A stretch of DNA of 64,000 nucleotides from positions 15,438,001 to 15,502,000 of the forward strand of contig NC_045732.1 in NCBI RefSeq assembly GCF_009834535.1. Direction: 5' to 3'. Origin of the DNA: Camelus ferus. Lineage: Eukaryota. The notes below the pieces were generated by a model, which saw only the letters and a program-made list of their open reading frames with translations, was not told the origin of the DNA and did not search any database. Shown piece after piece: positions 48,680-58,925 of the stretch. Position 1 is the stretch's first letter. Each line of letters opens with the position of its first letter. A program made the translations under genes and the position numbers.

Positions 48680-48830
48680 ACTTCCGGCATGCATGCCACC
48701 CTAAGAGTTTCACTCCACACGCACGCTGCTCCGGGGCACAGCACCTACACTCAGTGGGCGGGCATTTGCATTACTTAAGATTGGCTGTGCTAGCTGCTGC
48801 AATACAGACTGAGAGACAAGCACAGCCAAT
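48680..48830. promoter_or_regulatory. compact promoter/enhancer-like motif module
   Basis: ACTTCCGG (ETS), GGCATGCATGCC palindrome, GGGCGG, ATTTGCAT (octamer), 12-bp inverted repeat carrying two CCAAT boxes. Confidence 0.45.
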
Positions 48831-50109
48831 ATGTGATTCCTAATATTCCTCTAAGGTGGACCACTTGAAATTGAACTGCGTTGGAAATGCAGGATTTTCA
48901 GTTAGTTGTCTTTCCTGATGATTTACTTGACAATCACACAGAAGCATAATTGAAAATACAGGAAGGTGATAGGTGATAGATCGTTTGCATTAAGAAAGAA
49001 GGCAATCTGGAGAAAGAGGAGACTGTATAAATGACCATCTATTTCTCAGATATTTTATAAGTGTGGACAAATAATGATTTAGGAGAGCAGTGGTGCCATA
49101 CCATCTCCTAGAGGCCATAGTAGCCTGAAACACAAAGAGACATTGTTACAAACAAACAAAACAAAACAATCATGCTATTAGGAGGGGGGAAGATATCTCG
49201 TAGACTCAGAACACCCATTTTCAATTCTGAATTTTTCCCCTGAGTTAGAGGCTTGCTGGAATGACTTGACCTGCAAAACTGATGCATTTTTATCTTTGTA
49301 ATTAAACAAGACTTTTGGAATTCTTCCCTGTGAATGAATTTTTCAGAATGGCCATTGAATTAATTATCTCCCCATCATCCTTTTCCAAAGATTATTGGTT
49401 TTGAATAAAAATTGACTTGCCATCCTCAGCAGACTAGAACCAGTGCCTGGGCTTTCATGATCTGGAGTGGGGCATGAGTGTGATGTCTGTGTGTAACCAG
49501 AATCTAGGAAGTAAATAATTATATTTGTGGCTCTCACACTTCCCAGGGGTCCGCAGAGCATCCAATGACATACAAAGCTCCGCATCAAACACAGGATTAG
49601 ATGGCTCCTTGGAGGCCTGTTCTTATAATGCTGGAAAGTAAGATGCAAAATGTGGCCACAGAGCATTGGACTTCCTTCTCAGTGCATTTTGTGGAGCGTT
49701 TATTACCCAAATTTTGGACAATGAAGGATGTGTTTTCATTAACTTTCTGTCTCTCCAGTGAGTTCTTAGACCCATCACTCCCCTTTATGTGGCTTGAATG
49801 ATAGCCAGGAGCAATAGCCTGCCTGCTTCTGCTCATGTGGGTACGGGAATCCATTATTTTCCTAGGTTTGTTCATAGGCAGGCAGCTTTGGTTGTGTGTC
49901 AAGCCAGCAATTCCAAGAAACTCGATAGCATTACTCCTAGAATTGTCTTTCTAATCACAGGACAGTGCAATGGACTCATTTAAAGCAAGTATGTAACAGA
50001 AAAGCCAAGTAAAATTAAATAATGTTAGAGATCAAAAGCAGTCACAGTATGTTTATTTCTGTCTACCTTATGCCCAATTTTTAAGCCCTTCATCTGGCTG
50101 CAGTAGTGT

Positions 50110-50212
50110 TGATAATTGAGAGCCTTTGCTGGTGTTCATTGCTATATCCCCCCTTCCTGGAACTGTGCATTGTACATAGTTGGTTCTCAATAAATGTTTG
50201 TTGAATGAATGC
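50110..50212 (+). mobile_element. L2 3' end
   Basis: TACATAGTTGGTTCTCAATAAATGTTTGTTGAATGAATG is the canonical L2 tail. Confidence 0.85.
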
Positions 50213-50261
50213 AAAAAAAATTTCTTGGAAACTGGAGGAGGAATCCCCTGTGGGGTCAGCT

Positions 50262-50370
50262 CTGTATTCATTCATTCATTCATTCATTCAACAGACCATT
50301 ACTGAGAAATTACTAGGTATCTCATAGTATTAGGTATTGGAGATGCAAGACTGAGTTTTCTCAAGCCTAG
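50262..50370 (-). mobile_element. L2 3' end
   Basis: (ATTC)n CAACAGACCATTACTGAG...TAGGTATTGGAGAT is an antisense L2 tail. Confidence 0.75.
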
Positions 50371-50759
50371 AGAGGTAGGATTTGGAACATATAGACACAC
50401 TGACATAATACCTACCTGCTAAAGTTGCTATGGTAGACATGTATTTCAGTAGTCCCACTGACGGGGGCAGTTTGGGGTGAGAGTTTGTCTCCCAAAGACC
50501 CAGGCCCTGAGACACTACTGGGTAGAGTTTTAGTAAAATAAGCAGGGACTGAGTAGGTGCCTACCAACTATTCTAGAAGCTGCTTCGACATTAAGCTAGT
50601 CTTTTCAAGACTCTCCAACCCCACCCATTCCAGGAACTCAAACTCAGAAACAAACTGCAATAGCCCAAGAGCAGCAGCAGCATTGATCTGGGTTCTTCCT
50701 GGCATTCCTACCTGATGCAGCCACTTTAAGATAGTGGAACAATGTCTGAGATCTGAAAG

Positions 50760-50870
50760 GGTTGATTGGCTTTATCCTCTGTAAGCCTTGATTTCTTAAT
50801 CTGTAAAATAGGGTTATAATAGGATTAACATGGACAGTCATCAGACTGAACTTAGAGCCTGGTACATATA
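50760..50870 (+). mobile_element. MIR fragment
   Basis: AGCCTTGATTTCTTAATCTGTAAAATAGGG resembles the MIR core. Confidence 0.5.
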
Positions 50871-52184
50871 CACCCATCAATTTCATTCAGTTCAACAAGT
50901 ATATATTGAGATTTAGCTGAGGAACTGTTAGTCTCCTTCCCCATTTGTCACCTGGTTCCTTTCACTGGTTCCTCTCACTGTTCCTTTTTTATCTGCCCAT
51001 CATCACCCAAACATACATCATTAACATTATGAAATGCATGATTTTTTTCATTACACTTTATCTCAGGTTTCAGACAAATGACTGAGTGGGGGTGTTTCAG
51101 GCAGGTGGGTTCCTCACATAATTAGCTCACCTGAGGTTCCAGTCATGAATCTGTCCTATCCCTCCTTCCCCTACTTCCCCAGGGAAAGCTGGGCAGGAAT
51201 TGGCTTCTTCTTCCCACTCTTCCCCTCCCCTCGGTCCTCAGTACTGCCTGTAATAGAATGACTTGGTGAGCTATCTAAAAATGCTCCTGGGTCCCATTTT
51301 CACCTATACAATTGATCTGAGCCTGGACATCATGTATTAAAAGCTTCAGAAACTGAGAGCCACTGCTCTAAAGCAGGGCTCCATTTAGGTCTTGGTGGTT
51401 GGAGGACGTCTTCCTAGAGCCAAGACCAGTGTGATTCCGGTGAACACTACTTCCAACCCAGAGCGGTAGAATTCAGATTCATCTGGCACTTGGCAGTTGC
51501 TCAGTCACTGGTGGAATTCACCATTGGCAGTTTCCTTGCTTTGGATATATTAGCAGTATATTGAGCAATTTTGAAGATGGCCTCTGATTTGCATCACCAC
51601 ATTTCATCTCCATGCAGCACCCATGGCACTTCTGTGGTTATGTTCACCATCAGGCCTGGCCCACACCACACTATGAGCCAGCGCCTAATAAGGGTAGGCC
51701 CCCAAACCTGTATATTGTTTGTCACCTTGGTGTTGAGCCACTTAAAAACGGGGACAAATGAGAACAGGTCGGATATTAAGCTTCTGATTGTCTGTTTCTG
51801 CTTGCTATCCATGATCTACAGTTGTCCCCTTATATCCATGTGGACTGTCTGGCACTCTCACTGCCAGGGGACCTGTTCTGTCCAGCTCAGCCCCGCCTTT
51901 TGGCCGCTGTACTGGGGCCAGGTATTCTTCTGTCCCAGGAGCAAGAACCATGTTCTGCTGGTCCAGTGCTCTGCTTGACTTCTTCCTCAGATTGTTTAGA
52001 TCTGATTTGTGAACTTGTCAAGTTTCATCTATTAGCATTTATTCAGATCCTATCAAACTTTAGGCAATTTCCTAAATATCTAAATAATATATAAATTAGG
52101 CCTCATTTTGTTATGCATTCTTGAGAGTTAAGCCTAAGTCAATCAGATGCCTACTGTATAATTTTTACTTTATCCACAATCTGA

Positions 52185-52372
52185 ATTGGGGCTTGTCACA
52201 CAATCGCATGCTTAGGAATCATCTGGAGGGCTAGTAAAACACTGATTGCTGTACTCCACACCCAGAGATTCTGAGTCTGTAGGTCTGGGATGGAGCCCAA
52301 GAATCTACATTTCTAACATGTCAGGTGATGCTGCTGCTGCTGATCCCATGGACCACACTTTGAGTGGCATTG
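52185..52372 (-). mobile_element. MER5A hAT MITE
   Basis: GAATCATCTGGAGGGCTAGTAAAAC, AGATTCTGAGTCTGTAGGTCTGGG, CAGGTGATGCTGCTGCTGCTG, GGACCACACTTTGAG. Confidence 0.9.
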
Positions 52373-53973
52373 GCTAAATCACAGGCATCATGGGACATCT
52401 TGGGTTGACAGTTTATATTTGAACTTCAGCTTGACCGTTATTGAGACTCCCCAGCATGAGGAACTTGTGACAAGCTAACCATTTACTTGGTTCTCTTTAT
52501 TTTACTATTATATATATTTTCCAGTCTAGACAGAGTCCATTTTATTTCTGATGTTTGTTTCCTTTAATCCCTAAGTACCTGGAGATGCAGAACCATTCTG
52601 TAGCATTTTATTGTCCTAGTTTTTACCCTGATGAATCATCTTTTAACAGACATGTGAGCCTTCACCAAATGCATTATGTCATCCTTCTGAGCTCTGCAGA
52701 GAGAAGAATTGATACGCCTTTAGGTCTGATGTGAAATGATGGCTTCAGTGTGCCCATCCTGCAGCATCTCTGACTTGGGAGGGTTCCCAGAAGTGTGACA
52801 AAAAACCCTGTGGCTGGTGCCGAGTGGGGAAGGGGTGGCTTGTGACCCTATTACTTAAGCCTCCTACCTCCATGCTTGTGGGAGCAGGTCTGTCTCCTCC
52901 CAGGCTGCCACATTCAAAAGTTGGATTTATTTTTAGAGAAGAAATCATTAGTCATTAAACTCTCTCATGCTTCTTTTTTCCCTTTGGGTAAAATTTAAGA
53001 ACCTGATCTTTATAAGAAAATTTTCAGGCTGTTAGGGAAAAAAATGGTAAAATGATTATAGCCTTGGTACAATGAACCCATTTGCCTCTCTTTGAGACAA
53101 AGGCAGACTTCTCACCGGAGTCACCACTCTCAGTCCCTACATCTAAATCAGCTTTATCTTTTGGCTTTATTTGAGAATCCCCTGACTCTTTTGATTTCCT
53201 GGCCCTTTCAAACCTAGGATTTCAAAAACTAATTGTATCATACACTGAACATTTGCTCTTTAAGCCCATTATAAAATCTCATAATGGAAGCTGGTTCTTA
53301 GCAAAATAGCCCTCTGGCTTACATATGTGCATAGTTTCACTTAATAACAGAAGGATTTAATAGATATAATCTATATTGAAGCAGAAATAACTGAAAACAA
53401 GATTTCTCTGATATCTTTAAATTCAGGGTTATATTACAAGAACTTTTAGCATGTTTCCATTGCCGCGGACTAAATAAATGTCATGTTGATGGCTTTACTA
53501 GCAGAAAATACGTCAAAATAGCCAGTTTTTGTCTTTAATTAAGCTTTATCTGTAAATGTGTAGTTGAGAATGTCATCATTTTGAAGCATATCAAAAATTC
53601 ATAATCACCTGGTGGTTGATAAGGCCCAGGATACCCTGAGAGGACATCGTACATTTCGTTGCATCTCTCCCTCCCTCCCCACAGCTGTAACATTTTATTT
53701 TTACAGTTTAATTTGACTCAGTGAGACAGAGACCATCAATTTTAGGAAAGCAGGAAGTAGATTTTGCAAAGGGGTATCAGGAACCCAAAGGAAAGGGATA
53801 CTAATGTGTGACAACTCAAAGTCTAGAGGGTTTCTCTGGTCTTGAGACTAGGAAAAGGGCCACATCATGATGAGGTAGCCAGATGCAGCTCCTCTGCTTT
53901 GCTGAAGTGATGGAGAAGGAGCAGAGAGCAGTTATTTGAGTCTCAGTCTTCTCTTCTACCTCAGACAACTGAG

Positions 53974-54470
53974 TGTGGCAAGTTAAGATGGCCACAAATT
54001 CTTTGGCACACCTCTCATTGGAGGATGATTCTGTGTCCTCTTCACTTGTGTCTGAGTGGGCGAGGTGATGGCTTAAGCAGTAGAATGCAGTGGGATGTTG
54101 CTGTGCCAGTTTCTGGGCCTGAACCTTAAAAGACATGAAGCTTCTACTTTCTGTCTCTTGGAACACCCATCCTTGGAACCCAGCCTCCATGCTGTGAGGA
54201 AGCCTGAGCAGCTCTGGAAAAGCTCACATGGAGAGGAACTGAGGCCGGATTACAGCTGGCACCAACTTCCAGCCATATGAATAAGCTGTGTTGGACTTGG
54301 GTCCCCCAGCTTCAGTAGAACTGCCCAGCTGCTACTGTGTGGTACAGAGACCATCCTTCCTGCTAAGCCCTACCTGTCTTGCAGATTCAGGAGCAAGATA
54401 AATGATAGTCATTATTTTAAACCGCTAAGTTTTGAAGTCATTCTCTAGGCAGAAATAGATATCCAGGACA
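53974..54470 (+). mobile_element. MLT1H-like MaLR solo LTR
   Basis: TGTGGCAAGTTAAGATGGCCACAAATTCTTTG, CCATGCTGTGAGGAAGCC, ACATGGAGAGGAACTGAGG, ending GCAGAAATAGATATCCAGGACA. Confidence 0.85.
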
Positions 54471-55169
54471 ATTAGCACCTCCTTTTTGTACTCCTTACCA
54501 TTGCTTCCCCAAGAGGCAATTGCTCTCATGCTAGAGCCTTTCAGACACGGTCCTGCCAGAGTTTCCAAAACCCAGAATTCCCTTAGATGTGTCTTCCCAG
54601 TTCTTTTCCATGGCAATGCTGTTGTCCAAAATGATCTCTGTACCTTCCCCCAGCTCCATCATCCACACAGTGTTGCCGTCTCTCCTTCAGAGCCCACTGA
54701 TTAACTAAGTAATATGTTTGGGGTCAAGAGCAAGAAGTAACTGGAGATTTCCAACCCACTGTTAGTCATCATAGCAATAGAAAGTTTTCATCAAGGTTAA
54801 AAGCTGCTCAGTCTTCTATATCCCCCCTTAGGTGACATAAATATGTCCTTAAGGGTATAGCTACAATCTGTAATTTTGTAATATTGTTTAATTCTGAGTA
54901 GGGATTGGCGACAGTCAGCTAAGAGTAAAGATTGATCTGTCAGTGGCCGCAGGACAAGACCCTCCCCCTGAAGAGTGCTGGAAGGGTGAGGATACTCACC
55001 ATTGAGAAGAGGAAGGAGAACTATGCTGAGAAGGAAACAGGAAATGGAGAGGGCATCAAAAATACACTTAGATGGTTTCCCCTGACTAAGGGAGACTACT
55101 TCTGAGTCACTACTTGCCAAGCTGATGCGGAACCATCACTGTGATTGATACTAATTCTCCTTCCACTTG

Positions 55170-55380
55170 ATGACATAGTAGGGCTTTCTTTATGCTAGGT
55201 AATGTTCCAGCACCCTGTCTGAATTAAGATGGGTGTTATTAGTATCCTTGGCTTATGCCTAAGGAAACTGAGGCATCGAGAGGAGAGGACACTGACATGG
55301 CAGTACATGACCAAATTCAGAACCAGGATTCAATCGCAGGGGGTCTGGCTCCATTATCTGTCAGGGCTGACATCAGAACT
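55170..55380 (-). mobile_element. MIR SINE
   Basis: GGAAACTGAGGCATCGAGAGG ... CAGAACCAGGATTCAATCGCAGGGGGTCTGGCTCC. Confidence 0.7.
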
Positions 55381-56581
55381 CTAGGCATAGAGGCTTTGGT
55401 GAGCCCAGTTTGAGTTCACAATACACTTTTAGTCTTTGCCTCATGTCATGTACCATGTCACACAGGCTAAGAGATGCTTTATCTTTCTTATTTTAAACAT
55501 ATTTTCATCTCAGATATATCATATGTGCCTTTGTAGGCTGCTTGAAGTCATTCTCAGAAGGCAGAGTAAAAATAAACAAATACACAAAGATTGGTTACAA
55601 AGGCAGATGTAAAAGACAATAGAGTAGCTCCATGTGAGAAGAATTAAGATTTTGGGGTCCAGCCCATCACCCAGCTAGCCCAGTGGGCCATGATGTACCA
55701 GGAAACTAGGTCACATATGCATTCGGCATGTTTTCCTGAGTTTACAGACATTCTAGTAACCCTTATTACAGTGGCTTTAAAAACATATTAAGTTTTGCTT
55801 TTTTTAAAAAAAAAGTAGATATAGATTTATTTTTAGTCTAAATTCATTGGTTGCCCACAGAGAGTTGAATACATACTTCATGATATATATTTTGCCAGTT
55901 AGATAGCCTTCAGCTCAGAGAACCACCTGCTTATATTGAAACCTTTCGTTTGCATTGAATTGCATGCATAATTTAAGCTGACTGTAACACCTCAAAGAGG
56001 CTCAAAAAGGAATCCATTTTTTCTCACTGGGCAGAAATAAGTAGGCTCTCTATAACTGTAAAGAATATGACCCATTTCAAAGAAAGGGGTATTTCTTTAA
56101 AGAATCCTATTTGCATATCAGAAACAATGTGGTTATCTAAGTGCAAAGACATTACAAATACTGTTAAAAAATTCATGAGTGTAGTGTTTAATATATGCAG
56201 AATAAAGTCAGAGGGTTTTTACAGGAATACATAAAACAAATGTCCTGTATTCTCACCACTCTGCTTTTTCCCAGTGTTTCACATCAGCTGTGTAAACAAT
56301 CAATACTGAACAGTCAGGAGGTGTTGCTGAGCAGATAATGGACTTGAATTAGATCAACTTGGCATGGGCAGACTGAACATACTGGTGGGGCATATGAGTC
56401 TTACTTATGGTTTAATCTGATTGCTACTAATCTGAAGTCAATAGCTTTGAGATGTTGAATGAAAAAGAGCCACTGCCTTTGTAAGGAGGACAAACAGAGC
56501 AGGAAGAAGTAGTGTGAGCAGCGTGGGAAATGTAGATTTTTTATATCTTTAAATGATTCACAAAAAAATAGTTGCAATTCT

Positions 56582-56680
56582 GTTATATATATATGTATAT
56601 ATATTCTTTTTCATATTCTTTATTAATATGCTGTACACCAGAAACTAACACAACATTGCAAATCAACTGTACTTCAATTT
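56582..56680 (+). mobile_element. 5'-inverted (twin-primed) miniature L1
   Basis: Inverted 3' UTR piece at 56582-56621 plus sense tail GCTGTACACCAGAAACTAACACAACATTGCAAATCAACTGTACTTCAAT; TSD AAAAA(T/C)AGTTGCAATTCT at 56564 and 56681. Confidence 0.85.
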
Positions 56681-56829
56681 AAAAACAGTTGCAATTCTAT
56701 TGAAAATAAACATGGCTTACCTGGACCATGATTATTAATTTACTAAGCAGATATATATATACGTTTTTATTTTGGGTTACGTCAGCATCTTGGTTCAATT
56801 TAGGGGAAAGCAGGTAAGCACAGAGAGGC

Positions 56830-57045
56830 AGAATGAAGTAGCTCAGAGCCAGAAATCAGAAAATCTGGGTTTATGACCCAATTTTGCAACTCTCTTTACT
56901 AGCTGTGACCATAGGCAAAAGTCTCTTTGTGCCTTAATTTCTCATGGTGTAAAATGTAGATAAAGAGACCTCCTTTCTCTGTGTCATCAAGTTATCTTGA
57001 TGAGTAAATGAGAAATTGAGTGGGATAATGTTTGCAAATAGAAAA
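56830..57045 (+). mobile_element. MIR SINE
   Basis: CTAGCTGTGACCATAGGCAA...GCCTTAATTTCTCATGGTGTAAAATG. Confidence 0.7.
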
Positions 57046-57213
57046 TTGATATACATAAGCAGACACTACTGTTAATTCCTTATAAACAAAAAATTCTTTT
57101 TAAAGTATTTTTGATGTTACCACTATATGTAGGACAATACTCTAGGTCTTGTGAAGATTAAAAAAAAAATCAGATATGGTTTCTAAAGTTCATTCCAAAA
57201 GCTTATAGTAAAA

Positions 57214-57433
57214 CAGGATCAGCAAACTTTCAGTGAGGAGCCAAGTAGGAAATATATAAGAGTTTGAGGGCCAGATTGTCTCTGTTGCACCTACTCAGTT
57301 GTGCCGTTATAGGGCAAAAGCAGCCATGGACAATATGTAAAATAGCAGTCATGACTCTGTTCCAGTAAAATTTTATTTACAAAAGCATGCAATGGACTAG
57401 ATTTAGTCCACAAGCTGTGGTTTACTGACACTG
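57214..57433 (-). mobile_element. MER58A hAT MITE
   Basis: CAGGATCAGCAAACTTT, GTCTCTGTTGCACCTACTCAG, AAAGCAGCCATGGACAATATG, GTTCCAGTAAAATTTTATTTACAAAA. Confidence 0.9.
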
Positions 57434-58096
57434 GGTCTAATCAGAGAGAAGATACTCACATAAAACTATAATACGTGGTCAGAGTACTAAGTGTTACAAA
57501 CGAAATAGATGAAGAGTGAAGGAAATCATCTAGCTGAGACAAGAAAGTCTTCCAGGAGATTATAGATTTGAGTTCAGCTTTTAAGGATGTGGTTATGTTT
57601 GGATTTCTAAGGTAGAGGAAGACATTCCCAGCAGAAAAGATAGCCTAAGAAAAGGTATAAAGTGGAAGCATGAAGGAGGTATTTAAAGAAGAACAAGCAA
57701 TTTGCTTGGCAAATCTGTGTCGGTGGAGTTAGAAGCAAGAATTCACTGGGGTGCGTGTAAGAGAGGAAAAACATATAATGACTTAAACATAGGTATATTT
57801 TTTCTGACCTTACCCCACACCCCTTAATGAATACTAAGCTATAGTTCTTAGGAAAGCATTTCTTCTATTTTTGGTTGGTTAGAACACTCTTAAATGTTTC
57901 TATGTTGCAGAATCATTGTAGGTATTTCTAAGGATGTACTGCAACTTGTAATTATTCCCAAGGGTGGTTTGTCTATCTTCATGCTTCTATATACATTCCT
58001 CATCAATCAATGAAGAATTACACATAGGTTGGCCACTATGAGGTTAGAACCATGAGGAGGAGTATCTGATTCAGAGCAGAGACTAACTCGCTAGAG

Positions 58097-58288
58097 CTAC
58101 ACTGTCCAACATCGTGGCCACTAGCCTCATGTGGTTATTTAAATTTAAATAAAATTAAAAATTAAGTCATGCAGTTATACTAGCCACATTTCAAGTGTCC
58201 AGTACCCACTTGTGTCTAGTGGCCACTATACTGAACAATGCAGATGTGGAATATTTTCACCATCACAGAAAGTTCTGTTGGACCAATG
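58097..58288 (-). mobile_element. MER3-type hAT MITE
   Basis: CTGTCCAACATCGTGGCCACTAGCC, TAGCCACATTTCAAGTG, CATCACAGAAAGTTCTGTTGGAC. Confidence 0.85.
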
Positions 58289-58329
58289 TTCCTCTTAAGA
58301 GATGAGAAACCAAGCAACAATTATGCATT

Positions 58330-58540
58330 GATTTAGAGTCCTGGAGCTGGAGATTTGGGTGACAGTTTTGACATTTAGTAACTGGTTCCATTAACAAATA
58401 CATCGCTTTCTAAGTATTGGTTTTGTCACTTGTGATATGGGGCAATAATAGTACTTATCTTACAAGTGGTTATGAAGATAAAACGATGCATAGCTCTTTG
58501 GAAGCTGTAAAACACTACATAAATCTATAGCATGGCTGTT
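58330..58540 (+). mobile_element. MIR fragment
   Basis: TTTGTCACTTGTGATATGGGGCAATAATAGTAC...GGTTATGAAGATAAAA...AAAACACTACATAAAT. Confidence 0.55.
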
Positions 58541-58579
58541 ATTTCAATGGTACCATCTCTGTGCGTTCAGGCAATTTCC

Positions 58580-58925
58580 ATTATTTTCCTTGTTTGCTTC
58601 CATGTACAAAATCATGTCATTTGCAAATAGAGATAGTTTTGCTTTTTCCTTTCCATTTCCGATGCCTTTTATTTCATTTTCTTGCCTAATTGCTCTGACT
58701 AGAATCTCCAGTACAGCACTGAATAGAAATGGTTAGAGCAGACATTTATGATCTTAAGTGGCAAGTTTTCAGTCTTCCACCATTAAGTATGATGTTATCT
58801 GTAGATTATCCGTAGATGTCCTTTCTCAGGTTGAGGAAGTTCCCTTCTTTTCTAAGTCTCTTGAGTTTGTTTTGTTTTTCTATCATGAAGATGTGTTGGT
58901 CCTTGCTGCCTTCTGCTCATTCAAT
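58580..58925 (-). mobile_element. L1 ORF2 (RT region) fragment, degenerate
   Basis: Minus strand at ~58601-58630 reads LFANDMILY (the L1 RT FADD motif with D>N); flanking L1 text TCTTGCCTAATTGCTCTGACTAG. Confidence 0.85.

Noticed and set aside
50949-50986. About three copies of a 13-bp unit (CACTGGTTCCTYT)
   Set aside because: An ordinary short slippage duplication with no spacers; not CRISPR-like.
51571-51978. 135-aa plus-strand ORF, with overlapping ORFs
   Set aside because: No recognisable domain, no splice context, and the length is compatible with chance.
58580-58925. Functional reverse transcriptase
   Set aside because: A ~350-bp degenerate fragment with the catalytic motif changed to FAND.
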